Shown: in pieces, positions 1 through 8,724 of the stretch | Numbering within the stretch: the first letter of the stretch is position 1 | Layout of the letters: every line of letters begins with the position of its first letter | Source of the DNA: Clostridiales bacterium | Lineage (GTDB): Bacteria > Bacillota > Clostridia > Christensenellales > CAG-138 | Length of the DNA: 64,000 nt | Direction: 5' to 3' | Assembly: GCA_004554165.1 (NCBI GenBank) | Contig: SFNQ01000020.1 | Span: forward strand, 3,601-67,600 | Position numbers and translations under genes: made by a program | Notes under the pieces: generated by a model | What the model saw: the letters and a program-made list of their open reading frames with translations, nothing else | Database searches by the model: none | What the model was told of the DNA's origin: nothing

Positions 1-1201
1 CATAAACGAGCTTCGGCGCGCCCTGAAGCAACGGCAACACATACTCGATGTATTTCTGGTTCAGGCCATTGCCGGCTTCGTTGATCCACTCGCGCGGAAC
101 CTTCTTTTCGGTGTTGGCAACCTCGGTCAGCTCCATCAGCTTGATTTCGCACTTATAATCGCCGTTTTCATCCGTAGTACGCTGAAAACCAATCATCTTG
201 TCGGTAATGCCGCTCACGGCATATTCGACAGCGCTCTTGCCCGCAAGGAATGCCTCCTGTACATCCGTCTCCGAAGCGCAGTGCGCCGCGCAGCGCTGGA
301 GCAGCGACAGTTCGATGCCGCGCATTTTGATATTGCCAAGATGGCCCTTGAGGATATTGACCAGCGTTGAAGCAAGGCCGCCCAGCTGCTTGTGCCCAAA
401 GGCGTCCACCGGCGCGTTCTCCACGCCGTATTCCGCAATCAGCGTGCCTGTCTTGTCATGGATGCCCTCGGACACCGCCACAAAGCACTCGCCGCTCTCA
501 TCATAGATGCGGCGCACATCCGCGATAAACTTGTCCATCTCAAAGTCTACCTCGGGCAGATAGATGAGATCCGGGCCCTGGCCCATGTAGGTCGCCACCG
601 AGGCAGAGCCCGCCAGCCAGCCCGCATGCCTGCCCATGATCTCCACAACACAGATCATATTTTTATCGTACACGCGCGCATCGTGGTACAATTCCATGCA
701 GCTCGTGGCCACATACTTGGCCGCCGAGGCGAAGCCCGGACAATGATCCGTACCGTAAAGATCGTTGTCAATGGTCTTTGGTACGCCCATAATGCGGCAC
801 TCATAGCCCACCTTCTGCATGTACTTGCTGATCTTGTTGCAGGTATCCATGGAATCGTTGCCGCCGTTATAGAAGAAATAGCGCACGTCATATTTTTTGA
901 AGATTTCGAGAATGCGCTTGTAATCCGTATCATCCACATCGCTGTCCTTGAGCTTATAACGGCAGGAACCAAGCGCCGAGGACGGCGTATGCATCAGCAG
1001 CGCCAGTTCCGAGGCGGCCTCCGCGCCCATATCGTACAGCGTATCGTCCAATACGCCGCGAATACCGTGCGCCGCGCCGTACACCTTGGTAATGCAGGGG
1101 CTGTCCAGCGCCGTACGGATTACGCCGTAAGCGCTGGCGTTGATCACAGCGGTCGGTCCGCCGGACTGCCCAATGATGCAGGCACCCTTGAGTTCTTTCA
1201 T
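1..1201 (-). CDS. 6-phosphofructokinase family protein (about 400 N-terminal codons; 3' end lies beyond the left window edge)
   Basis: Not in the ORF track because there is no stop inside the window. Manual reverse translation from ATG (complement of 1199-1201) gives MKELKGACIIGQSGGPTAVINASAYGVIRTALDSPCITKV..., and further on ...KKYDVRYFFYNGGNDSMDT.... GQSGGPT and GGxDS are PFK-family hallmarks. SD GGAGGG (complement of 1210-1215) lies 8 nt upstream. The listed + ORF 392..1303 is its antisense shadow. Confidence 0.8.
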   Translation of the reverse strand, partial: MKELKGACIIGQSGGPTAVINASAYGVIRTALDSPCITKVYGAAHGIRGVLDDTLYDMGAEAASELALLMHTPSSALGSCRYKLKDSDVDDTDYKRILEIFKKYDVRYFFYNGGNDSMDTCNKISKYMQKVGYECRIMGVPKTIDNDLYGTDHCPGFASAAKYVATSCMELYHDARVYDKNMICVVEIMGRHAGWLAGSASVATYMGQGPDLIYLPEVDFEMDKFIADVRRIYDESGECFVAVSEGIHDKTGTLIAEYGVENAPVDAFGHKQLGGLASTLVNILKGHLGNIKMRGIELSLLQRCAAHCASETDVQEAFLAGKSAVEYAVSGITDKMIGFQRTTDENGDYKCEIKLMELTEVANTEKKVPREWINEAGNGLNQKYIEYVLPLLQGAPKLVY

Positions 1202-1498
1202 GAAAGTTACCCTCCTGTTGTGTATTTGATAAATCAAAAGGGCCCGAAGGGGCGCGGTTTCTCCCACGCCTCGTCCCATTTTCCCAAATTTCTACACATA
1301 TAGTATAGCAGATTAAGCGAAAAGTATAAAGCGATAGATAAAAAAAGCATGGAATGCCCTCCGAACCGGGCGCGTCCGTCCGTTTTGCCGCAGCCCGGCA
1401 CCGATTCTCCCGCGGGGAGCCGAAAAGGGCGGGCCGAAATCGAAATCGGGCGCGAATTCTGACAGTATCGCAGGGCCAGGGCCTTCTGTTCGGGATTT

Positions 1499-1527
1499 TT
1501 GCGCAGACCGGGTATATGTGCTATACT
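1499..1527 (+). promoter_or_regulatory. candidate sigma-A promoter for apbE (-35 TTGCGC 1499-1504, 17-nt spacer, -10 TATACT 1522-1527)
   Basis: Hexamers and spacing read directly from the sequence. The -10 ends 8 nt before the apbE ATG, and there is no SD in between. Confidence 0.35.
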
Positions 1528-1535
1528 ATGATACT

Positions 1536-2540
1536 ATGAAACGCTTATTCCTCTCCCCGCTGTGCTGCCTGCTGCTCCTCTGTCTCGGGTGCGGAACGCG
1601 CGGCGCCTCGCGCAGCCTTTTTCACATGGATACCTTTCTGAAACTGGACTGCTACGGAACGAACGCCGAGGCCGCGCTCGACGCCTGTCAGGCCGAAATC
1701 GTCCGGCTGGAGGCTCTGTTTTCCGCAACGCTGGAGGGCAGCGACATAAGCCGGCTGAACCGCGCCTCCGGCGAGGCGGTCGAGGTGGACGCGGATACCG
1801 CGCAGCTTCTCCGGCGCGCCCGGGAAATGTCGATTCTGACCGGCGGCGCGTTCCATCCGGCGGTGGGTTCGCTGGTTGACGCCTGGGGCTTTTTAACGGA
1901 CGCTCCCGCGGTACCGGCGGAAGCGAAGCTCCAGAAACTGCTTCCCCTACCCAGCGCGCAAGCGATACAAATCGATGGCACGCGGATCACGCTGGACTCT
2001 GCCGCAAGACTGGACCTCGGCGGCATCGCCAAGGGCTATTGCTCGGAGCGGCTCTGCAACATCGCGCGGGAGTACGGAATTGAAAGCGCGCTTTTCACGC
2101 TCGGCGGCAATGTGGAGGCTGTGGGCAGCCGCCCGGACGGCAGCCCGTGGCGCGTGGGCGTGCGCGATCCGGAGGATGCGGAAGGCATCGTCGGCGTTAT
2201 CGAGCTGGTGGATCGGGCCGCCGTGACCTCCGGCGGCTATCAGCGCTACTTTGAGCAGGACGGGACACGCTATCACCACATACTCGACCCGGAGACGGGA
2301 TACCCCGCCAACAGCGGCCTGCGCTCCGTTACCGTAATTGCGGAAAGCGGCACGGACGCGGACGCGCTTTCCACAGCCTTTTTCGTGCTGGGCATGGACG
2401 CAGCCGTCGCGCTGATGCGCTCTGCAGCGCTTGATTGCGACGCCGTTTTTATCCTTTCCGATGGGTCCATTCGCTGCACGGAGGATGCGCGCTTTACGGC
2501 GAATGCAGGAAAAGATTGTCGTACAATCTCGAATTCATAG
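1536..2540 (+). CDS. apbE: FAD:protein FMN transferase (ApbE family), secreted/lipoprotein-like
   Basis: Start trimmed to MKRLFLSPLCCLLLLCLGCG (signal peptide with Cys). ApbE motifs LDLGGIAKGY and YHHILDPETGYPA are present. Confidence 0.85.
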   Translation: MKRLFLSPLCCLLLLCLGCGTRGASRSLFHMDTFLKLDCYGTNAEAALDACQAEIVRLEALFSATLEGSDISRLNRASGEAVEVDADTAQLLRRAREMSILTGGAFHPAVGSLVDAWGFLTDAPAVPAEAKLQKLLPLPSAQAIQIDGTRITLDSAARLDLGGIAKGYCSERLCNIAREYGIESALFTLGGNVEAVGSRPDGSPWRVGVRDPEDAEGIVGVIELVDRAAVTSGGYQRYFEQDGTRYHHILDPETGYPANSGLRSVTVIAESGTDADALSTAFFVLGMDAAVALMRSAALDCDAVFILSDGSIRCTEDARFTANAGKDCRTISNS

Positions 2541-2608
2541 TAAAGACTTGCTTTTTGACACCTTTCGCGTTATGTTATTACTACACATCCATCAGGGGGG
2601 AATTTTTT

Positions 2609-2941
2609 GTGAAAAGACTAATTGAAAAGGAAATGCTCCTGCTTGGCGCACCAACAGGACGACTAGGCTACGCGCAGATGGTGTGCGCGATCGAACTGAT
2701 TATGAACGGTTCGCGCGTCATCAGCACGACGCACGAACTGTATCCGCAGGTTGCCGCCCTCTGCGGCACAAAGCCGGCGCGGATTGAGCGGAATGTACGG
2801 GAAGAAATCCGCGCGATTTGGGACTATGGGAATCAGGAACGACTGGACTCCATGTTCTATAATCGCGATAAATACCCTCCCGGAAACAAAGAATTTCTTT
2901 ACACCATTGCAAAGCATCTCGAGCAGCAAATCGCTCTCTAA
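2609..2941 (+). CDS. Stand-alone Spo0A C-terminal (DNA-binding) domain protein
   Basis: GTG 2609 has AGGGGGGA 8 nt upstream. LYPQVAALCGTKPARIERNVREEIRAIWDYG...KYPPGNKEFLYTIAKHL matches, by eye, the Spo0A effector-domain pattern LYPDIAKKF..T.SRVERAIRHAIEVAW...KPTNSEFIA. No receiver domain is present. Confidence 0.75.
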   Translation: MKRLIEKEMLLLGAPTGRLGYAQMVCAIELIMNGSRVISTTHELYPQVAALCGTKPARIERNVREEIRAIWDYGNQERLDSMFYNRDKYPPGNKEFLYTIAKHLEQQIAL

Positions 2942-3048
2942 TCTGTAAACCTGAGAATGATGTGCGCCGCCTGCGCAAAACCCGTTGTTTCAAACCAGAA
3001 AATACGGTATACTTGACGTGTATTATACTGTATCATGGAGGCCCTGCC

Positions 3049-3588
3049 ATGCGTTCTGGAACGGTTTTGCTCTGTGCGGCGTGCATTTTTTCTTCCCTCA
3101 TGTGCGCCTGTTCCAACTCTCTGCGGCCCCGCCCCGGCCAGACCGTTCCGCCCGTAACGACCGCAGCCTATACGGAGACTGCCGCAGCGGATATCTCCGT
3201 TATGGATTCCGACGGACGGCCGGTCCTGCTTTCGGATTATCTTGGGACGCCCGTTCTTCTCAAATTCTGGGCCAGCTGGAACACACGCTCCACGGACGAG
3301 CTGCCCGCGTTGCAGCGCGCCTACAATCTCTATGGCGAGGATATCGCCTTTCTCATCGTCAACGTAACGGACGGAACCCGCGAAACGCAGCAGTCCGCGC
3401 AGGCTTTTTTGGACGAACAGGGCTATACCTTCCCTGTACTCTTTGATCATGACGGCGCCGCCGCGCTGACCTACGGCGCCGGAGAGCGCCCCGTGACCGT
3501 ATTTATTGACGCCGACGGGTTTATCGTTACCCTCTCGCAGGGCGAAATTGCCGAGGACGCGCTGTTGTTCGGTCTTCGGCTTTTATAG
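3049..3588 (+). CDS. TlpA/ResA-like thioredoxin-fold lipoprotein with a degenerate active site
   Basis: ATG 3049 has GGAG 8 nt upstream. Signal/lipobox SSLMCAC. The thioredoxin-fold pattern LLKFWASW..., ...FLIVNV..., ...TFPVLFD.., P.T.FID..G is present. The WCxxC motif is replaced by WNTRS (3277-3291). Confidence 0.75.
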   Translation: MRSGTVLLCAACIFSSLMCACSNSLRPRPGQTVPPVTTAAYTETAAADISVMDSDGRPVLLSDYLGTPVLLKFWASWNTRSTDELPALQRAYNLYGEDIAFLIVNVTDGTRETQQSAQAFLDEQGYTFPVLFDHDGAAALTYGAGERPVTVFIDADGFIVTLSQGEIAEDALLFGLRLL

Positions 3589-3618
3589 ATCAATTTCAGG
3601 AAAGGATTCAGAACGAGT

Positions 3619-4746
3619 ATGATGGAGGCATCCCGGGTTTATTTTGCGGACATGCGGGTTGAGACCGGTTCCAGTCTTTTAAAAAAACTGCAACGGCTGC
3701 TCAAGGCTGCAGGTATTGATACCATCGACTTTGACCGAAAGTTTACGGCCATTAAAATGCACTTTGGAGAACCGGGCAATCTTGCTTTTCTCCGGCCCAA
3801 TTTTGCAAAGGTGGTTGCGGACACCGTCAGGGAAAAGGGCGGAATTCCCTTCCTGACCGACTGCAACGTGCTCTATGTGGGTCGCAGGACGCATGCCATT
3901 GACCATCTGGCTGTGGCCGAGGAGAACGGCTTTAACTCCGCTTCCTGCCATTGTCCGGTCATCATCGCGGACGGACTGAAAGGAACGGACGAAGCGCTGG
4001 TCCCCCTCAGCGGTACGACCTATGTGAAGGAGGCCAAGATCGGCCGCGCGCTCATGGACGCGGATATCGTAATCTCGCTCACGCATTTCAAGGGGCACGA
4101 GGCCACCGGCTTTGGCGGCGCACTGAAAAACCTGGGCATGGGCGGCGGCTCGCGTGCCGGAAAGATGGAGCAGCATTGCAGCGGAAAGCCCGTTGTGGAT
4201 GCGGCGCTCTGCCGGGGCTGCGGCGCCTGCGCCCGCGCCTGCGGTCAGGAAAGGGCCATCCGCTTTGACGCGGCGCACAAAGCAGGCATCGACCACGACT
4301 TCTGTGTTGGCTGCGGCCGTTGTATTGGGGCCTGCAATTTCCATGCCGTATCCAATCCCAACAACGCGGCGCTCGACGAGCTGTGCATGAAGGTGGCGGA
4401 ATACGCCAAAGCGGTGGTGCAGAACCGTCCCTGCTTCCACATCAGCATCGTCATGCAGGTTTCTCCCTTCTGCGACTGTTATGCGGGCAATGATGCCGCC
4501 ATCATTCCGGATGTCGGCATGTTTGCCTCCTTTGACCCCGTTGCTCTGGACGCGGCCTGCGCCGACGCCTGCAACCGCCAGCCCGTGCTGCCGCAATCGC
4601 TGCTGGCGGACGCGCTTGCCGGGCACGAAGACCATCACGATCATTTTACCAACGTCTCGCCGGAGACCAACTGGCGGCTGACGCTGGAGCACGCGGAGCG
4701 CATCGGCATCGGCACGCAGCAATACGAGCTCATCACAGTCAAATAG
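3619..4746 (+). CDS. DUF362 domain protein with a 4Fe-4S dicluster ferredoxin insert
   Basis: N-terminal VYFADMR...IKMHFGEPGN..FLRP is DUF362-like. There are two CxxCxxCxxxC motifs (CRGCGACARAC, CVGCGRCIGAC). Confidence 0.8.
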   Translation: MMEASRVYFADMRVETGSSLLKKLQRLLKAAGIDTIDFDRKFTAIKMHFGEPGNLAFLRPNFAKVVADTVREKGGIPFLTDCNVLYVGRRTHAIDHLAVAEENGFNSASCHCPVIIADGLKGTDEALVPLSGTTYVKEAKIGRALMDADIVISLTHFKGHEATGFGGALKNLGMGGGSRAGKMEQHCSGKPVVDAALCRGCGACARACGQERAIRFDAAHKAGIDHDFCVGCGRCIGACNFHAVSNPNNAALDELCMKVAEYAKAVVQNRPCFHISIVMQVSPFCDCYAGNDAAIIPDVGMFASFDPVALDAACADACNRQPVLPQSLLADALAGHEDHHDHFTNVSPETNWRLTLEHAERIGIGTQQYELITVK

Positions 4747-4784
4747 CCGGCCACCGCGCAGCCCCCGGCCAAACACGCCAACGC

Positions 4785-4810
4785 GGCGGATGTATTACAT
4801 CCGCCGTTTG
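4785..4810 (+). terminator. putative terminator hairpin after the DUF362 gene
   Basis: GGCGGATGTA (4785-4794) pairs with TACATCCGCC (4796-4805), followed by GTTTG. The T-tract is weak. Confidence 0.4.
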
Positions 4811-5113
4811 TCTGTCGATAAGCGCTCTTTGAGTTCTGGTGCCGCAATTCCTGAGGGTTTGATTCGGTTTCCGCAACCCGTCCGCCGAAGGGTGAGGATT
4901 TCAGGCTGTCAACCTCGCCGGAGAATCCGGGACGCTGTTCCTGCCATTCGGAGCCAGATTCTGCGCTTATGCCCGTTGGATCGGAAAACAGCGCCGTGGC
5001 TTTTATATTCTTTCTGAGTTCACCGCGCCGAAACGGCAAGGGCGTTTCAGCTAAAACCCGCAGCTTGAAATTGTGGCTTTCTGGAGCGGCGGATGCAGCG
5101 CACCCGCCGCCCT

Positions 5114-5824
5114 TTATTCAAACGGCTCCCACTCCGGCACCCGGGCGTCCATCGGGAAGACCGCAAAATTTCCTTCCTTGTCCAGCGTGGCGAGAAATAC
5201 CTCGCCGTAGGCGCCATATCCCTGCTGCTTGAGCTGCTGCTTGAGCCATGTTTCGGAAAAACCCACGCTTTTGAGATTCTGCTGCATCAGCTTTCCGTCC
5301 ATGACCACGTTGTACTGCACTTCCTCCTGTTTTGGATAAACCGCGATATCCTCGCCCTGTACCGGACGCTTTTCCGCCTTTGGCAGGAAGCTCACCGTGC
5401 CGTTGTGCTCAAATACCGCCGTCTTGATGTCCTGAAGGTCAAAGTATCCCGCCGCGCGGCAGAGCGTTAGAAAATCGGACAGGTCGAGCCGGGCTTTCTT
5501 CATGTTCTTCCGGTAGATTACGCCCTTTTCCAGCAGCAGCAGCGGCCTGCCCGTGGTGAGCTTGCGAAACTTCAGGCTTTTGCTTGCAAGAAGCGAAATC
5601 AGGAAAGCGCTGATCCCGTACACCACCATGGCGACCAGCGGCAGTACCGGCTGCTCCAGCTCCGTGGCCATCTCTGCTGCGATCGAACCAATGGAGATGC
5701 CCGTAATATAATCGAACATGGACATCTGCGATATCTGTTTGTTCCCCATAATCTTCGTCAGCAGAAACAGCACGATGATCGAGACCAGGGATACGATCAA
5801 CACCGACAATAAATCCTTCCACAT
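5114..5824 (-). CDS. DUF421 (YetF-like) membrane protein
   Basis: Three N-terminal TM segments, then the YetF-type pattern GRPLLLLEKGVIYRKNMKKARLDLSDFLTLCRAAGYFDLQDI. No clear SD. Confidence 0.7.
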   Translation of the reverse strand: MWKDLLSVLIVSLVSIIVLFLLTKIMGNKQISQMSMFDYITGISIGSIAAEMATELEQPVLPLVAMVVYGISAFLISLLASKSLKFRKLTTGRPLLLLEKGVIYRKNMKKARLDLSDFLTLCRAAGYFDLQDIKTAVFEHNGTVSFLPKAEKRPVQGEDIAVYPKQEEVQYNVVMDGKLMQQNLKSVGFSETWLKQQLKQQGYGAYGEVFLATLDKEGNFAVFPMDARVPEWEPFE

Positions 5825-5897
5825 AGCACTATCGTTCGCAAAAGCAACCGTCTCTATGCATATTGAATTACAAAGTTTTTTGTGCTATTCTGAATTT

Positions 5898-6764
5898 ATG
5901 AATTTACTGGAATTGGTCGAACGGCAGCAGATTTTTGCCGACGGCGCCATGGGAACCATGCTGCAGGCCGCGGGCCTTCGCGGCGGGCGTTCGCCCGAGC
6001 AATGGAACATCGAGCGTCCGGACGCCGTGCGCGCGGTACATGAGGCCTATGCTCACGCCGGCGCAAACCTTTTGACCGCCAACACCTTTGGCGCAAACGC
6101 TCTCCGCCAGCGGCGCAGCAAATACAGCGTCGCGGCGCTTGCCGAGGCCGGTATCCGCCTTGCGCGGGAGATTGCCGACGCTGCGGCGCAGCCCTGCTTC
6201 GCCGCGCTGGACGTTGGTCCGCTGGGCGCTTTTCTGGAGCCGCTTGGCACGGTATCCTTCGCCCAAGCGGCGGCATATTTTCGCGAACCCATCGAAGCGG
6301 CAGCGGCCTGGGCAGACTGCATCCTGATCGAAACCATGAGCGATGTGCGGGAGGCCTCGGCGGCCGTACAGGCGGCAAGGGAGAGCTGTACGCTGCCCGT
6401 TTTTGTCACCATGTCCTTCGATGAAAAAGGCCGTCTGCTGTCCGGCGCGACGCTGGAGGAGGCGCTCGATGCGCTTTCGCCCCTCGGCATTGCGGGCTTT
6501 GGCTGCAACTGCGGGATTGGCCCTTCCCAAATGCTGGACCACCTCCGGCGTCTCTCCGCCCGCACGGATCTGCCGCTGATCATCAGCCCCAACGCCGGCC
6601 TGCCACGCTATCAGGATGGGGAAACCGTATATGATCTTACGCCTGAGGTGTTTGCCCGGCATATGCGGGCCATCGCGGCGGGCGGGGCGCGGGTGCTCGG
6701 CGGCTGCTGCGGCACCACGCCGGCCCATATCCGGGCCATGATCGCCGCCGTGACGGAGGACTGA
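5898..6764 (+). CDS. Homocysteine S-methyltransferase domain protein
   Basis: Start trimmed to MNLLELVERQQIFADGAMGTML. C-terminal GFGCNCG and LGGCCGTTPAHI supply the Zn-binding Cys pattern of Hcy-binding domains. Confidence 0.8.
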   Translation: MNLLELVERQQIFADGAMGTMLQAAGLRGGRSPEQWNIERPDAVRAVHEAYAHAGANLLTANTFGANALRQRRSKYSVAALAEAGIRLAREIADAAAQPCFAALDVGPLGAFLEPLGTVSFAQAAAYFREPIEAAAAWADCILIETMSDVREASAAVQAARESCTLPVFVTMSFDEKGRLLSGATLEEALDALSPLGIAGFGCNCGIGPSQMLDHLRRLSARTDLPLIISPNAGLPRYQDGETVYDLTPEVFARHMRAIAAGGARVLGGCCGTTPAHIRAMIAAVTED

Positions 6765-6781
6765 CCCTTGCATCAAAACTT

Positions 6782-6816
6782 CGCGCAGGCCGGAGATTGG
6801 ACCTGCGCGTTTTTTA
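6782..6816 (+). terminator. rho-independent terminator between convergent genes
   Basis: CGCGCAGG (6782-6789) pairs with CCTGCGCG (6802-6809), followed by TTTTTTAT. Confidence 0.8.
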
Positions 6817-6861
6817 TATTGCCTTTTCGCTTCCGCGCGCGCGCAGGCGCTCCCCGCCCCG

Positions 6862-8709
6862 CTAGCCGATCGTTATGCAGACGATTTTTGCCGTCCCGCC
6901 CGCGCCGCCCTTGCCGCGCGTGCCGACCACCAGAGCGTTGCCAAAAACCGCAGGCGTGGAATCGACGCGCGAGCCAAGATCGATGGACGCCAGCTCCGCT
7001 GAGGTCAGCGCGTCATAGAGCTTGAGGTAGCCCGAGCGGTCGCACTGCAGCAGGTACCCCTTGCCGCTTTCGTCATAAACCAGTACGGGCGAGGACCAGT
7101 AATCCGCCGCCTGCTCAATCGTCCAGACCACATCGCCGGTCAGCTTGTTGTAGGCCACGATGCGGCCGCCCAGCGCATACTGCTGCGCGTTGTCCTGCGC
7201 CGGGGCGGGCTGATCCTCCGCAGCCCCCGCTTCTCCCTCCTGCTGCGCGCCGTCCGCCTGCTGCGGGGAGGCGCCTGTGAGCGCGGTAAGGTTCATGGAA
7301 TAAAACACAAGATGCGATACGTTGCCGCGCCCCACCTGAGGCGTTGCCAGCGTACCGCCGCTGTTGTTCTCATCGCCGGTGGAGGCAATCCACTTCTCCT
7401 CCCACCGAAGCGCGCCGGTCAGTCCGTCGTAACAGCGGTGGTAGCTGTAGCCATAGTCGCCGCCCAGCGCAGGGGTTCTGACCTGGCTTGCCGCATACAG
7501 ATAGATGGTATTGTTTTCATAGCTTTCGTCGATGACCACGGTTGCGTCCGCATCCTCGCCCATATCCGCCACGAATTGCAGCGACATCGCGTTGAGGTCG
7601 ACGCACTGGAGCCTGCCGCCGTTGTCCGTAAAATAAACATAGTTGCGAAAGCCGGCCACCGAGCTCTCAATGCCGTACCAGCGCTTCCCCGCAGCGTCAC
7701 TTTCGCTGTAATCGGTGCCGGTATAGTTGTACTTGACAAGGCTTTCCGGCTCAATGGACAGCGCCGCTGTCGCCGGGTCAAAGCTGGTGTTGAGCTTTGT
7801 GGTATACAGCACCCCGTTCTCGCCGCCGTAAATGAGCGTGTCGTCCACGATCAGCGGGCTGCCGTCATAGGCCTGCCACGTTCGGTAACTGAAATAATCG
7901 TGACCGCCAAAGCGGGCCAGTTCCGTATTGGAAATCAGCGAGTATGCATAGATATAGCCCACGGGCAGGTTTCGCTCATTCACGCTCTGGATGCTCTGGC
8001 CGACATAGAGAATCGGATAGCCGCGCGGGTCGAGACAGGGCGTGGACTTCATCACCACGCCGACATTGATGGGACTGCGGGTTTCCGCGCCGGTTTCCAG
8101 CTCAAAAAAGTAGATCTTCCCGTCCATGGCGGGATAGATAACCTCCGTAAAGCCCTCCTTGGCCCGGAATGCTTCGCCGACGCCAAGCAGCGGACGCACC
8201 TCGTCCGGCCAGCGCACGATCAGCGGCTGCCCGGTCCAGCCGGTACCCGTCCAGGAGTCAATGCCGCCGATGTCCTTTGCCCAGGCTTCCCGCAGCGTTC
8301 CCTGCGCAACTGCCGCAGTGCCATAGCTGAAGCTGTTGCGGTAATTGTTTCCGCCGAAGGTCAGGATTCCTTCCACATCGGTATATGCCTTGTCGTCGCC
8401 AAAGGAGATGGGCGACTCCCGGGTATAGGAGGCGGCTTCCTCGCGCTTGACCGCAATGCTGTAGGAAAAGCCGAACAGCGACGGATTTGCCTCGCCGGAT
8501 GCGGAAACGCTGAGCCCCTCCGGCAGCGGCGGCGCCGGCGTTGGCGTGGCGGCGGACGGCGCCGTAGGCACGGGCGTCGCGGTCGCAGCGGCAGCTTCAT
8601 CATGCCTCTCGCCGCTCAGCCTGCCCGCAACCAGAATCACTCCGCCAACCAGGGCTGCCAGAATGGTCAAAAAGAGGAAAAACTTTGGCTGCACACGCCG
8701 CTTTGCCAC
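6862..8709 (-). CDS. Membrane-anchored PQQ/BamB-like beta-propeller repeat protein (paralog 1)
   Basis: GTG start (complement of 8707-8709) has GGAGGG 9 nt upstream, directly after the stop of the upstream paralog. TM FFLFLTILAALVGGVILVAG, then a Pro/Thr/Ala linker, then propeller-like motifs (DPRGYPILYVG, GRIVAYNKLTGDVVW, YWSSPVLV). Confidence 0.75.
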   Translation of the reverse strand: MAKRRVQPKFFLFLTILAALVGGVILVAGRLSGERHDEAAAATATPVPTAPSAATPTPAPPLPEGLSVSASGEANPSLFGFSYSIAVKREEAASYTRESPISFGDDKAYTDVEGILTFGGNNYRNSFSYGTAAVAQGTLREAWAKDIGGIDSWTGTGWTGQPLIVRWPDEVRPLLGVGEAFRAKEGFTEVIYPAMDGKIYFFELETGAETRSPINVGVVMKSTPCLDPRGYPILYVGQSIQSVNERNLPVGYIYAYSLISNTELARFGGHDYFSYRTWQAYDGSPLIVDDTLIYGGENGVLYTTKLNTSFDPATAALSIEPESLVKYNYTGTDYSESDAAGKRWYGIESSVAGFRNYVYFTDNGGRLQCVDLNAMSLQFVADMGEDADATVVIDESYENNTIYLYAASQVRTPALGGDYGYSYHRCYDGLTGALRWEEKWIASTGDENNSGGTLATPQVGRGNVSHLVFYSMNLTALTGASPQQADGAQQEGEAGAAEDQPAPAQDNAQQYALGGRIVAYNKLTGDVVWTIEQAADYWSSPVLVYDESGKGYLLQCDRSGYLKLYDALTSAELASIDLGSRVDSTPAVFGNALVVGTRGKGGAGGTAKIVCITIG

Positions 8710-8724
8710 GAATTCCCGCCCTCC

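Noticed and set aside
4840-4960. TPP-riboswitch-like fragments (GGTGCC, CTGAGGG, ACCC, ACCTCGCCGGAGAATCCGGGACG)
   Set aside because: The spacing between blocks is far longer than in THI elements. No downstream gene lies on that strand, because the next gene is convergent. The resemblance is probably chance.
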